Source: Bispira polyomma | Lineage: Eukaryota | DNA length: 64,000 bases | Direction of reading: 5' to 3' | Assembly: GCA_965649765.1 (NCBI GenBank) | Contig: OZ287749.1 | Coordinates: forward strand, 23,188,001 to 23,252,000 | Part shown: positions 1 through 13,700 of the stretch, piece by piece | Position numbering within the stretch: position 1 is the first letter of the stretch | Layout of the letters: each line of letters starts with the position of its first letter | Made by a program: the position numbers and the translations under genes | Notes under the pieces: model-generated | Databases searched by the model: none | What the model was told of the DNA's origin: nothing | Seen by the model: the letters and a program-made list of their open reading frames with translations, nothing else

Positions 1-1342
1 CAGGTCTGCAAGCAAACGTCAACCCACCACCTCCCCTTCTTCCAAGACAGATATGTGAACATTTGAGCCTAAGGTGTTTCTATAATTTGAATAATTTTAC
101 TGGCCATTACAGCCTAAATTTATAATTTTACCTATAAAATTTATTTGAGTCATAAATGTCTTCTGGACACTGTGCCAGGTTGGCAAAAATGTATAGGTTT
201 GAGACCTGAAGTAACAAGGTCTGTATTAATCGGACTGAGTAGTCGGACAAGTTGGTTAGGCAAGTAGTAAACAAGTTTGATATGAAGTGAGTTATTATGG
301 ACGTGTTAAGCCTTACGAGCTAATGAACTGAATACTTGAGAACCAGCATTTATGTGCCATTTATGGCCGGTTCGTATGGACTAGTAGCAAGTTAGATTAT
401 TGTGAATGTTATGAAATACCACACAATGACTAAGGACATAGATACATCATAGTTGTCGTAGATTTATTTGGTGTTAGAAAAGTGATTACTTTATTGTCAA
501 TATTAGGGACTGACTGTATAGTAGTACTAATAGTAACTTATTTGGGGGTATTAATGTACTAAACAAGCCAGATTACTTGTAACGGCGTATATGTTGTATC
601 AATGAGTAACATTTAGTTTTATTTTACGTCTAACTTTACGTTTTAGTGTTTGTCGTTTCCTTCATTGCCAATGGTTAGGTGTGCATATTTGATAACTATG
701 TATGACTATGTAGTCTGTACTAGGCTTTTAATTTGTCTTGATTTATGGCTAGTCCAAGACTTGTTTACAAGTCTTTACTGTTGGTGAATTACTAAATGAC
801 TGCTATTTACAAGTTTCCATTTTGTTTAAAAGGGGTCAGCACTAGTGTTTTTATAACTGCCAGCTTCTTTATTTTATCCTAAAAGAGAACTTCAATCCAC
901 CACAGAGGGAAAAACTTTCAAATCATAATGCCCTCATTGAAGGACCTTGCACAAGGTCTGGGCTAGTCCTTGTTTTTTGATTGTTCAGGATGTATTACCC
1001 TATGTAATTTTATTTACATGCAAATTTAACATGCAAATTTAACTTATTTTATTTTCAGCCTGTACATAAATATTAACCTGTAAAATAAAACCTTAATTAA
1101 AATATTTTATTGTCTTCCATTTTAACTTACCTCTAACTTCTACCAACTTAACTTGATTTCACCTATCACTTATTATCAGGACTGTATGTAAAATGCTTAC
1201 AAATGCAATTGTAATGCTTACAAAGTACAGTGCTTATGTATGTGTGTACCTTATAAACATAAATAAAAGATCCCAAGATCCCAGTTGGGAAATATAAAAT
1301 TTTATTCTATGTTAGTATTTTTACATTCTGTATAGACTGAGC

Positions 1343-1594
1343 TTAGGGCCACCTTAACCAATGAACTGTTGGGCCACTTTAGGTGACCTCAAATTAAGAA
1401 TTTATTTTGAGTTTAAGTTGGTTGTCAGTAGTCAGTATGGTCACTTCTGGTGACCTTACTTAAAGTGAACTGTGATACAGTTTGAACATTGGTAAGTTAA
1501 GTTTACTTAAAGTACATTTAAAATGTATAGTTAGGTGTACAATATTTAAGTAAAAACATTAAATAAATGTTATATTAATGTAAGGTGGCCCTAA
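1343..1594. repeat. Small inverted-repeat element (MITE-like)
   Basis: 14-bp perfect inverted repeat TTAGGGCCACCTTA / TAAGGTGGCCCTAA. Related GGTGACCTTA motifs recur near 13940-14150 and 52870-53095. Confidence 0.4.
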
Positions 1595-2006
1595 ATATAT
1601 ACATGTAAAACTTTAGTATAATATATATGATATATTGTGTTTGTATGAGTAAGAGAAAGGTTACCCCAAACACAAACTAACTTGGATTCTATTTTTGTGT
1701 CATTCAACTGTGGTCAAAGATAGTAGACTTTGGTGTGTTTTGTCGATGTTTAAGTTATTATTTTTTTCTGTTTGAGTACACTGATGTACTAACATCATTT
1801 CTGCACAATACTGATTTATACAGTAATGAGTAATTAGAAGATGTATGCAGTATTGTGTTAGTGCAAGATTGTGCTGATATTAAAACATAAATCTATGTAC
1901 TTTAATGTGTTACATCATTAATATTGTTTCTTTTTTTCCTTTGACAATACCTATTAATATTAATTTAACACAAAGACTTACAAAAAGCGTGATGTAAGCG
2001 CACAAA

Positions 2007-2442
2007 GGGTATACTTCATAAAATGTGTTAGTCTTAAGCCTAACATTTATGTCTAAAATATTTTAACACTGTTCTACTGTTAATCTTAGTGTTAAGAACA
2101 AAGTTAACATTAAGCGTACTAATGGTACGAAATACGTCCAAGTGACAATGAGAAAAGATCTTGGCTTAACTTTGTTCTACTAACCGTGAACAGTCTTATA
2201 TATTATTTTAGGCATTAATGTTAGCCTAAAGTAGCGATTTTACTTCCAAATCCGTCATTTGACGTCCGTTTCCGTCATCTCAGGTGACATCGGCCAGATG
2301 TATTCTACTCTCTTTTTCTTTAAATTCAGATATTTTCGGTTAACGGAAACGGACGTCAGATAACGGATTTGGAAGCAAAATCGGACATGTGTATTACCCA
2401 TTTAGACTGTTAGGACTAACACCTTTTTGTATCGACGGCCCC
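2007..2442. mobile_element. Degenerate MITE carrying a nested MITE
   Basis: Imperfect inverted ends (..GTGTTAGTCTTAA / TTAGGACTAACAC..GGCCCC). Shares CATTTATGTCTAAAATATTT (reverse complement) with the MITE at 30754..31989. Confidence 0.5.
2235..2383. mobile_element. Truncated palindromic MITE, same family as 2553..2912
   Basis: ~40-bp inverted arms CGATTTTACTTCCAAATCCGTCATTTGACGTCCGTTTCCGT / ACGGAAACGGACGTCAGATAACGGATTTGGAAGCAAAATCG. Confidence 0.65.
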
Positions 2443-2552
2443 GATGTGGGGTTTTTTACAAACATGCAATTGGTAATCTAGAATGGTCTAGTATTTTCTA
2501 TCTACCATTAATAGTAGTGTGACTATTTAACAAAAATAAAAAAGATACCTAC

Positions 2553-2912
2553 AGGGGCGAATATACCTGTCCGATTTCACTTCCGAATCCGTCATCCGAC
2601 GTGTGTTTCCGTCATCCAAAATTGAAATAATTGAAATATAATAAAACATAGCAGCATACACATGGCCGACGTCACTTCAGATTCGGGAGCCGATTTTTGA
2701 AAATTGGTCATGGACTAATTTATTTTTTTTCGGATGATGGATGGGTAGGTCAAGGTATTTAATTTTTTTTTAAATTTTTTTTTAAATCATGAACATTAAA
2801 AAATTGGCCAGGTTTTCGGATGTAGTGTCTCTGCAATTTCGGACGTCGGATGACGGAAACGGACGTCAAATGACGGATTCGGAGGCAAAGTCGGCCAGGT
2901 CTTTTCGCCCCT
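2553..2912. mobile_element. MITE with ~65-bp TIRs and 3-bp TSD (TAC), possibly PIF/Harbinger-derived
   Basis: Ends AGGGGCGAA..TTCGCCCCT, long imperfect inverted arms, TAC on both flanks. A further fragment lies near 37934..37978. Confidence 0.7.
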
Positions 2913-3007
2913 TACTACTGGTCTATTTACCAGCACACAGCAACACTACAAGAAATGCTATTTAAGCACAACAAGGGCAAACTTGTCTCAGCTTTCTCCT
3001 TTCACAC

Positions 3008-3077
3008 TGCGCATGCGTGGATCTATAGCATTATACTAATCAGAAGCTGGCATAATAAAAGCTTAGAAGGCGGGAAA
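3008..3077 (+). promoter_or_regulatory. Candidate promoter of the GPCR gene
   Basis: NRF1-type TGCGCATGCG (3008..3017) and GGCGGGAAA (3069..3077) in AT-rich DNA about 1.5 kb upstream of the ATG. Confidence 0.35.
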
Positions 3078-3762
3078 TCTGTGAGGCATTGTGTTTGTGA
3101 TTTTGTGTGCCAGTGAAGTCTTGCAGTTGTGTTTGGAAAAGAAATAACGGACGTTTGCGAAGCCACTAAAATATCTTGATATTTAAACAATAAAAATAGT
3201 TGGTGGGAGTGTGTGCTGTGAAGGGATAGTAAACAACAAGGGAACATTTGTCTTAGAATAATTACAGTAACTGTCGTCTTTGAAACAAAAATATCATTTA
3301 TTATTTGGTGTTATATAGTTATTTTAACTTCTATATGTCTGTGGGATGTTATGCTACTAAATAAAAAATTTCTACAGACTATCTGTATCTAACGATATGT
3401 GCTGGAGGTGATACTTGAAACTTTGGTTGTTTATAACACAATTGTCACAATTTGGAAATTCTACAGATTTGTGAGGTGGTATATATATTAGAATTAGAAA
3501 GTTTTCAACAAAAAAAACTCAGAAATTGATACAGAACCCAACTGCTTCTAGCTATATTCTGATTAATTATTTGTATATTTAACCAAATAATTATGTGTTT
3601 TAAAACAGTTACTGAAATGAATAATCTTATCTAGAAAAAAAGCACACCACACTAGTTTATAACTATCAAGACTTTAACATCTATTTTAAAGTGAAAACCT
3701 TAAGTTCCTTTTCTTTTAGTGTATATGGGGTGGAGTTTGAAGCAAGCATTGCTGGCTTGTAG

Positions 3763-4360
3763 GTAAGTGTGCTGAATTATCACGACCCTATTATTTTTAT
3801 CTCAACTCACACGACAATATGTTGAACTAGGATGTTAAGGTGCATGAAACCTAAGACATGAAAGGTTAAGAAAAGGGGAGGGAGAGAGCAGGGAGTAAGG
3901 GAGGTAATTTGTAGTGTGTTGCTTGACATCCAAGCTGACTCAAGAGTTAAGAAGTTACTTAAGGAATTAAAGTCGAAGTACACTGTATAAATATAAATAC
4001 AGATATATTAATAGATGTGTGAGGTTATACGTCTTTTATAAATATTGTGGTTCAAAGATTTTGCATTTATTTAAGCATGCATCTCCATATTAAATAAATT
4101 TTCCCAAATAGTCAATTTATTTTAATGGTATAAGATTCTGCATTTCAGTTTTTCTTTTTTTTTTAAATCTTAAGGAGACCGTTACTTACCTTTTCTTTAA
4201 AATGTTATCCTATTATTATGTCAAAAAAAACAAACAACACTTTTAATCGTAAAAAATTGAAAACCACTTGTTAATACAATTACAAAAACTGCTTGGTTTC
4301 AAGTAAAACTGCTGGCTTAATTAAAGTTGAAGGTCTAAACCTTCTATTTCTATATTTCAG
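3763..4360 (+). other. Predicted 5'-UTR intron of the GPCR gene
   Basis: Donor AG|GTAAGT at 3763; acceptor CTTCTATTTCTATATTTCAG| ending at 4360. Confidence 0.45.
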
Positions 4361-4583
4361 GCCTTATGTGAAGGACAAACACACATTGTCACCAGATACA
4401 CATCCAAGACTTTGTCAACACCAAAAATACAATTTCTGGGAAGCTAGGGTTTCAATTAATTAGTTTGCGTCATTTGCAACTGATCTAGTTACATTTCTCT
4501 CTGAACACATGACAGATATTGAAAAAAACTAATAATACCATTAAAAATAATAGTAGAAAACAAAAAATTGTTACCTTCAAAAG

Positions 4584-5936
4584 ATGCTGCAAGTCAATTC
4601 AACCTCAACTTTAGGAGACATAGATGGGAATGAGAAATCGCCTGATTCACATGGAGACTTGTACAATGGATACTCAGAAGAATATGAAAGTGATGATGTA
4701 AATTCTTCAACCATGGACAGACACGGCATCAATAACACCTATTTCTATGATGACAGTGATTTAGTGAAGGTGGTCTACAGTTCTAAGATTGCCACCACTT
4801 GTTTGGGAGTTGCTTCTATTATATTGAACGTCTTCTTCCTGGTTGCAGTTCAGACGTCAAAGGAGAGGCATTCCCCGTTCCACAGGTTTATGAAAAGCCT
4901 GTCCATTGCGGACATTTTGGCATCTTTGATGTTCATGCTGACACAGAACTGGCCTGAGGGACCGTTTTCCTTCATCTACCCCTCTGACCACTTTCTGTTG
5001 AGCCAACTGGTGCCATACATCTTCCGCGGGATGCCCTGGATGTTCTTCACCTGCTACCTGCTGACGCTCACCTGCCTCAGCATCAACCAGTACGTAGCAG
5101 TATGCAAACCCTGGAAGTACTCCATGATCTCCAGTCAGAAGTGGGTCACTGGCACTCTCTGCTCTGTATGGCTTCTATCCTCACTACAGATCCTGATGCC
5201 CAGCTTAGTGCTGCTAATCCTGGGTTGTACTACAGACCGCAGTGTGGCCATCAGACGACTCTACACCATCTCGAAACTAGAGATGCAACTCTGGATGGGC
5301 ATCTTTATGGCGACCACCTTCATCAGTATTGTCCTAAACTTTTTGATCTACCGGAAAATTCGGGAACTGAAATGGAAACGGCGGATGAGTCTGACTTCGC
5401 AGGAAACTCTGAACATTCGGATGAAGCAGGAAGCATTTATTACCATCACTTTGTTGTTAGTTACCGCAGTGCTACTCAGACTTCCATTTCCCATAGTTAG
5501 CATCACCATCATAGAATTAGACATGGCAATGTTAATTGGACAGAAAACCTCGGTCATCACTAATGCAGTGGTGCTGTTCCTCCTATTCAGTAACTTCTTT
5601 ACAGATCCAATTATTTACACACTGAGGATGAAGGAAGCCCGGCAGCTGTATAAATGGTGTTTTTGCAAATGCTACTGTTGTGGCTGGACAGGTGAAAGGA
5701 ACGGATCACGGCCATTAAAACTGCAGCAGGATAAGAGGAAAGCTTTCTGTTGTAGTGCTAACAGAAGTTTTGACAACACTGATCCAAGGGCCAGAATGAG
5801 TCTGACAGGGGAGAGAACTGAGATTACTATGGCTTTGGTTGAAAATGGGAATAAGTATACCCAGGAGTCATTTGGACCATCTGAACTGGCCCATACCAAA
5901 GATCCTGAGAACAGTTCACCAGAACCATCACTGTGA
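4584..5936 (+). CDS. Class A (rhodopsin-like) orphan GPCR, 450 aa, intronless CDS
   Basis: Seven hydrophobic segments; N-terminal glycosylation sequons; TM1 IILN, TM2 LSIAD, TM3 NQYVAVCKP, TM4 Trp, TM7 DPIIY; Cys cluster after helix 8. Confidence 0.93.
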   Translation: MLQVNSTSTLGDIDGNEKSPDSHGDLYNGYSEEYESDDVNSSTMDRHGINNTYFYDDSDLVKVVYSSKIATTCLGVASIILNVFFLVAVQTSKERHSPFHRFMKSLSIADILASLMFMLTQNWPEGPFSFIYPSDHFLLSQLVPYIFRGMPWMFFTCYLLTLTCLSINQYVAVCKPWKYSMISSQKWVTGTLCSVWLLSSLQILMPSLVLLILGCTTDRSVAIRRLYTISKLEMQLWMGIFMATTFISIVLNFLIYRKIRELKWKRRMSLTSQETLNIRMKQEAFITITLLLVTAVLLRLPFPIVSITIIELDMAMLIGQKTSVITNAVVLFLLFSNFFTDPIIYTLRMKEARQLYKWCFCKCYCCGWTGERNGSRPLKLQQDKRKAFCCSANRSFDNTDPRARMSLTGERTEITMALVENGNKYTQESFGPSELAHTKDPENSSPEPSL

Positions 5937-7303
5937 TGTAGATACCACAAATATATTAACAACATTTTATCAACAGAAGACTTTGTTCATGAAGAAAATT
6001 ATTTACTGTAGGACAGGTGGAATGGTGTAAGACCAACTGAAAATACCATAATGGCATAATATAAAATATATATATATATATATACATGTTGATACACATG
6101 GATCCGCCTTTTTAGAGACTATGTAAGGCCATCATGTATTCATTGGAAGCACATTCTAGGCCTGAGTATTTAGCGGCCATATCAACAGAAGTGTATTACA
6201 AACTCTGCGCCAAGGTCTTTTTCAAAAAACAACTCCTTTGAATGATTTGCTAAGGTCAAGACTAATCCTAAAAGATGGAGGTTATATTTTCATTATGCCT
6301 ATTGCCCTCTATTTGACCTAATTTTACAACTCTTAATCAGTGTAGGGGACCAACTAAATCTGGAGCCTCTGGAAATATAGAAAATGCATGTACAATACCT
6401 GTAAATCTCTTTCATTTTTCATTTATTAAAATGTTGCATCCTTCTGAATGAATGGGTTTGTGGAAATGGTCAAAAAATATTACAACAGAACTATCCTAGA
6501 AAATTACTGTACTATACTTTCTATCACTGTGTCACCTGGATTGACTGGTAAACAAGGAATCAAAATATTAGTTATTGTTATTTTGAAACTCTTAACATTT
6601 AAGGTGATAGTTTGTTGAAAACTGAGGCCACCGAATGAAATTTCCAAATGAAATCATCAGACAGTTGCTGCTGTGCATTTAGTTTGGGTTTAATGTCATA
6701 TATCATGATGGACAGTTCACTGGTTAATGAAATCAGAACCGGGTCATTAGAAGGTCAAGGTTTTTTAATCCACAAACCACCAATCTTCAACAATTTCACT
6801 GCCAACATTTTTACGTACAAACCGGGACCTAAGATTTGAAATATGATAGTTCAGAACTGTAAACAGAATTGTAATATTGTGTCTTATAAAGCAGTTTGAG
6901 CGTTGTGTAATTGTTACTGAATATACATTGGATTTATGTGTCACTTTTGCATTCATAAGTGAAGGGAGTATATCTACAGCAACGGCAACTTGCAGGTTAG
7001 AGACATTGGCAATCACAAAAACCTACTTCAAAAGTGTACAATGTAATTTTTGTTTTGTAAAATAATCTGACATGAAACATCTGTGTAAGATGTAACAGGC
7101 AACTCCAATAAAGGGAGAGTATAACCTTTATATACACTTTGACGATCAAATGGTACATTGAGAAAATTACTGGGAGTTCTGGGAGATAGTTAATGAGGAA
7201 TCGTGAAATGCATGATCTTTGTATTTTAATATGGTTCAGACGAAGTAAAATGTATCCATGACCATAAAGATGTTACATATAGAGGCAAATTGAACGGAAA
7301 AAA

Positions 7304-7430
7304 GGGAGCTGGTCTGGTCACAAGAAGGCCCCTTGGTACAACTCCCGGTTGGAGAGTTTGCCTGGTGATCAGATGGTTCCCGGTTCAATTCCCAGTTGGA
7401 CAGTTGGGGCTGGTGTACTCCAGGCTATGA
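7304..7430 (+). mobile_element. tRNA-derived SINE fragment with internal tandem units
   Basis: B-box-like GGTTCAATTCCC; reverse-complement match to 41880..42052. Confidence 0.5.
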
Positions 7431-8572
7431 CGCATAGTAACACTTTAATTGTCATTGGGAGAATATAACACGCCATTTCCCACAATTGGCAGAAATTAAA
7501 GATAAAGTACTATGGTAACAACATGTACATATCCCTAAGTGTAAATATGTTTATGGTCTTGTTTATTATACACAGATGCTAATTCTTAGATGTAGAGTGC
7601 ACTTTGATTTCCATACTGTAATTATGATACTGCGTTTATTTTTTTACTACAGTGTGTTCTTATCACATTCTGCTTGTAACTATTTCCAATAATTATATGG
7701 TGTACCTCAACGTTGGCAAATTTACTTAGTAGTTTTATTTGTTTAATTTTAGCTTATTTGGTTCTTTACATTTTGTGATGTTATTGTGTTCTGTAATGCA
7801 TTTCAGTTGTTACGTCAGATTTTGCTCTTTTATTGTTAAATAAAAAAAATTTCAAATGATATAATTATGTTGTTTTGCACTTTAAAAAAAAAATGGTAAT
7901 TAAGTTGTGGAATCTGTAAAAATGCTTATTAAAAGCTTCATGAAAAAGTTTAAAACACATCTGTATAAATTAGCTTTTCCGATTTAACATTCGTCTGCTG
8001 GTCACGACTGCACTCTGAAAAAAAAAAAGTTCCTTTTTGCGTTGGATTTAAAAGCCTTGTAAATATTTTATAGATGTTCCATATTAGCATGGAACAGTAT
8101 ATTTTACATTTTGTGTCAAATAAGTATAAAATAATAATTTTTTGCTGTAGATTGTCAGAATTGTTAAGTCAACCTACTAACCTGCTTAAGGCTATGCCAA
8201 ATAAAAATTTACCCAAGATAGTACCAGTTATGGGCAATTCATTCAACAACCATCTACTAGCTGTAATATAACCGGAAGTCACATTGTAGTTAATAAATTA
8301 AACTAAGGACAAAAACTAAATTGATGTGTGAGTGTATTAAAATTATTAATGTTTCTAAACCTGGAATAGTAACATATCTCAAGTGTCTATGCATTTGACT
8401 AAATGTAGAATTTAATTGTTAACTCTAGAGGATAGCATGGTGTTGAGGAGATATTGTCAGTTACATTATCACATACCATGTTATCCATGAAGTCCATGCT
8501 TGTAAGTGATGTCTGGAATACAATAAATGGAAATGAAAATATTGAAACTACAATTCCCTGTGCTACGGTTTT

Positions 8573-8574
<2 letters not shown>

Positions 8575-8646
<72 letters not shown>
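8575..8646. repeat. (AT)n microsatellite
   Basis: About 36 perfect AT units. Confidence 0.98.
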
Positions 8647-8649
<3 letters not shown>

Positions 8650-9308
8650 AATGTTAGTTTATTAACCCTTTTTTGTACAGCAAACATCAGAAAGCATAGG
8701 AAAATCCAAAAGGAGTTGAGGGTAGTCCCCCCCCCCCCTTCCCTTACTAAGCCTTTGCAAAAAATACTTTATTCGCAGTATAAGTAACTGACAAAACTAC
8801 TTTTCCGAATATCTTCAAATATAACTGGGCTAACTCAACTGTATTATATATATATTACAATAATCGACAACTATATATTAATGTTTTCATTAAAAGGATG
8901 CTGGATATTCAAAAGATATTTATTTGTTAATGGCTACCTTCAACTTCATTGAGTAGTGGAAACTATACAGATGAAATTGACTACTAGACTAGCTAGTTAT
9001 TTTCAGTAGCTTCATTTAGGCATCTTCCATGAGAGAAAAGTTTAGTTCAGAGGAAAAAATGACATAATAACATTTCATGTGTGATTAAAAAATTTCTAAG
9101 CTGCATCAAAATAAAATTTCAGATGAACTAGAATATAATAGCACTTGATGTTTCATCAAATAATCTCTCAGGAAGGTAATAATGCAGGACTTGTTCATGT
9201 GTTTCATCATTTTAACCTGTTTTGAACCACTAAAAGGGTCTCAGATCTCGTCTGATGGCACTCTAACTTTGTTTTAAAAGCCACTACCATTATTGAAATG
9301 GTATCTTA

Positions 9309-9576
9309 GTACAGTTTAGTACTCAGGGGTCTTCTTTTTTTACAACAAACATACTATACACTAATTAAGTTTGACAGAGGCAAAAAATATCATTTGAAAA
9401 GTGTAAAAAATATGCCGCAAGCTAAATTAAAACTTTGAAGTACAGTTCAGTACTCAGGGGTCTCTTTTTTGTACCACAAACATACTATACACTAATTAAG
9501 TTTGACATAGGCAAAAAATACCATTTGAAAAGTGTAAAAAAAACATGCCGCAAGCTAAATTGAAACTATAAAGTAC
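9309..9576. repeat. Two-copy tandem duplication, ~130-bp unit
   Basis: AGTACAGTT..GTACTCAGGGGTCT..ATGCCGCAAGCTAAATT occurs twice in tandem. Confidence 0.85.
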
Positions 9577-10469
9577 ATGTGGATCTCACTTTTCTTTAAC
9601 TTGGCTCATGCTAGAAAATCTCACACACAGCTCAAACAAAGGTTTTGCGAAGATCCATACATGGTAAAATAGAAATAATAGTGCAGAGAATTGTAACAAT
9701 TATTTTAAAATGTAACATTTATAACTGCAGGCATATATGATATCGAATATTAAGTTGTAGAGCCCACAGAGATGTTTATTCCTAAATATTTCTGTCTCGA
9801 GCAATTTGATTGGATGAACCCATTGTCTCCAAGAATTTGATTGGCTGAGAATAAGAAAATTCTACGAATATGACCACTGATATTTGTAGCTTGATTCTTT
9901 TGAGTTCAGTTTAAGAACACTGGCTAACACATATGTATTAATAAATTCAGTTGGTGCATCATGCTACAGCTAAATAAACAACTTCATTCTTTTCTTATAC
10001 ATAATGTATATCTCAGCCTTTGAAGATATATTTATATATCAATACCAGTACAGTAAGGTGATGATGGAAAAAATAGCAGGCTTTGTAATTTATGTTGTGT
10101 GAAAGTCCTTACCTTATAGGTTGTGATTCTATTTTTTACGTTACAAAAATAATTCCATGTTGAATTAAGTGAAATAAAGTTAAGTTATTTTAAATTTATA
10201 TTTTGTACTCTAAAAAGCTACATATGATAACCCAGAGATTTGAGGTCAAACTAATTCTGTACTGAAAATGTTATTTTGAGTAGAAAAAAATAGAATCTTT
10301 AAGTGTGTCAAAATATTTGTGCAGTGATAACTTTGTTATAATGAATGTAGTGCTTCTATTCAAATAAGTAAACAACATAACAAAATACAATCTGCTTCAT
10401 ATAATTTGGTTTGAAATCTTGGCAAAAAAAGAAACATTAAAAAAAATTGAAGTCATTTAACAATTTAGG

Positions 10470-10720
10470 AATTTGAATTGGGATATTTAACGTCCACTCT
10501 AGTACCTGTTGAGGTTATATTGGGACGGGTAGTTGGAAACGCTTGAGGAAACACTGCATACAGTTGATCAAGGTTCTGCACTGAAACCAGTGGCCTACAG
10601 TAAGGAACTACCACCTTTCCCACATAGGCATCGACGGGATTCGAACTCACACTGCCCAGAGGTGAGAGACCAGTGATTGTGAAGGGCAATGCTTGCTAAC
10701 CACTAGACCACCGCGGCCCC
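10470..10720 (-). mobile_element. tRNA-derived SINE
   Basis: Minus strand begins GGGGCCGCGGTGGTCTAGTGGTTAG (A box), has GAGTTCGAATCCC (B box) and ends GGACGTTAAA..; flanks resemble a TSD. Confidence 0.8.
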
Positions 10721-13700
10721 TTAAACATTTTAGGAACATTGCTGTTGCCATGCAGTTAGATATATGAATATATTTTCATTTCTTTATATAAAAAGTATGT
10801 GCCCTGTACCAAAGAAATGTAGTGTGATACTTTATTTCATGGTATCTGTGTGCACTATTCCATAGGTTTATTATAAGATGTGAGCTGATTTAAACCGGCA
10901 AGCAGTAAATGATGCAATTAGAAGGTTAAAAATTAAATCAAACGTCATAAACCTTTGCACAATGGCTTATATTATTCAGAACTAGCTTTACATGAATGCT
11001 TTATATGCTGCACATAATTACTAGTTTTATGATTTGCCATGATATGAAAAGTGACCTTTGGGATTCATATGAATTGTAATTATTCCACTTCTTTGCAAGA
11101 AAGTTAATAAAATATTTACGACATAAACATGAACATGACATTTCATATGAAGGATTCCCAAATGCCCCCATTTTTGTTGCAGTTGTCATGCAAGATTTTA
11201 GCTTATGTTTGAAAATGTGAATAGAATAGACTAACATTAAAGGACACCTCCATAGATATCTGTAACCATTAAATAATCAAAGTACCATATTATCAGCTTA
11301 TTTGATTTGGATTTTTTAACAGAACTTGCAACATATTTAGTCATATTGTTAAACCAATAGTAGTTATTCTGTAAAAAATCAATCTACCCCAATACCTCAC
11401 AAACTTTTCCACATGAAGGTAGCAATAGGATTGGTTCAACTTTCCTCAAAGGTGACATTAAAGCAGATGCTGAAAAGCACCCACCCTTATCTCTAAATGC
11501 ACCTTTTAGGGTTCCATTGCACCATCCAGGACTAATCACCAGGAGGAAGGGATTGTGATGTCCCACTCATCCATTTATATGTGGTAATGTCAACTTAGTA
11601 TGTCCAAAAAAATGTCTACAATTGCAAGGTCATGATCCCTTAAAACAAATATTCCAAGTCATCTGCTCAAATATCTAATTCTAGTAGTCTTTGGAGGTGA
11701 AACTTATTTTTCTAAACGGGCAATCAGTGTGCCAAATCAAAAACAATCATTAAACAAACAGTTGACAACTGAGGGACATAAAGGGGTCAGTCACCCAGAG
11801 AGATGTGATTTCGTGACCAGGAAAGGCTTAAGTGGATGCTAAGCTGATGCAAATAGGTGACTTTCTAAGTGACTTCTAAAAGAGGCCACAAACCAACTGA
11901 ATCTAATATGTGAAGGTAAATAATTTCCAAAAATAAACAATGTCAAACATTCTATGGAAGTACGGAACCTGAAGACAATTTAGCTTTTAGCAACTGTGTC
12001 TCATGTTTCTGACGGATGTGTAAGAGTGTAAAAGAACTTTACTTTATATGCTTATGGTATTCTGTCTTGTACAGACTCTTTTCAAATCTTCTCCTGTTAT
12101 TGTATAGTGAGATATATTCTGTACTGCAGCCACTTACGGTCTGAGTGAGTTCTGTCAGAGCATGTTATGAGAAAACTCTAATTGACCATGTCATAGGCTT
12201 TTAGAGACCAGATGATTTTGTTTTATCCTTCTTGTCTTTTCTAATTACATCATTGACTTTTCCTACACTTTCTATCTCATAATTTTAAATAAATTTTAAA
12301 TGTTTACTAAATATACAAAGTTTTTAAGAGTCACCTTTGTTGTTAATTATAGTTTGGGGGCAGTTATATTTTGCCGTCATACAAACTTTGTTAAAATGGT
12401 TGAAACATTTCATATAAAGCGATCATTTTAGACTAGACTTGTTTTCAAACATGCTCTTAGAAGCATTTTCATTCATGCTCAATGATGACATCATTAATTA
12501 ACCTAGTCAGATATATTTGGGGTTTTTAATGTTTTGTAATAGCAGAGGCATATTTTTGGAACTTGGCTATCACGACCATAGGATCTGATGTTTCAGTTCT
12601 TCCACATAATATATTATATCAACCTAAATCTCTGGGGGCCCAGTTGACCAAGTTTCACTCTCTCTATCTACCCACACACTTGACCATTCTCTTAGCAATA
12701 TCAGACTAGTCCTGATAAAAATAACCTTTGCTGTACATATAATTGCTAGAGTTATTAAATCTGCCCAAGCTGCTCCTGGTGGTGGTTGTCCCATTAGGAA
12801 GCAATTTCCCCCCTAAATCCTTACCATGCTGTTACCTTTCATCCATTTTTTGTGCATTGGCTATTACTATAAACACTATTAATAAGCTCATTAGAATCTA
12901 TGCTGTGCACATATAATAGCTAGTTATTAGTCTACCCATGCTGTTGCTCTTTATGACCTGGGGGTTCTCCCATTACCAATATTTACATCTTCTCTAATTC
13001 TTGAAGTTTGTAACTCAATGCTTTTATGTGGTTGTATTATTCTTATAATGTATTTCATGAAACGGCTTTAAGTATATTTGTCCTGGCAGATGAAAACAGA
13101 CTTGCTTTTTAGATATCAGAAGGCACGCTTTTTTAAAAGAAATTGATATTGTTCCTATGTAACTCTTTGGTTACTATTATCCAAGTCATTCTACCAGTGT
13201 GTAAAGCTCATACTTGTGAATGTTAATCAGAAAGAAACGTCTCAGCTAAATAAGTCATGAATAATTGAACAAGGGCACTGGTATGGACGTGTGGTGGCTG
13301 TTGTGTGGAACCTTATGATTAATTTTTATGACAGTACAAATAAAGGGATAAGATTACACATCTAATTACATTCACTTCCCATGTGTATGTGTGTGTTGCT
13401 GGGTGATTGCAAACAAATGCTCTTCTGATGATTAAAAGGGAATCTTATGTTTAACGTAGGGGTAAAATCAACAACGGTAGTGAAGCCAGAAAATATTAGT
13501 TAATCAGGTAGAGTTTCTAAGAATACAAAACACAATACTGTATTACCATCACAAATTGTACCAAAAAGTTGAGATATGATATGGCAGATAAACTTCTTCT
13601 AGTGTTGGGTTGACCTTAATTTCAATCATTATATAAACATCCAATCTTCTTCTAATTCTTGTTTACATTTCTGTCATAGTAAATGTGACACACAAATTAC

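Noticed and set aside
8454-8787. ORFs with (IY)n runs
   Set aside because: Artefacts of the (AT)n microsatellite.
10640-10720. tRNA genes (also near 21060..21140 and 41990..42052)
   Set aside because: A and B boxes are present but no full cloverleaf; SINE bodies, tails and TSDs follow.
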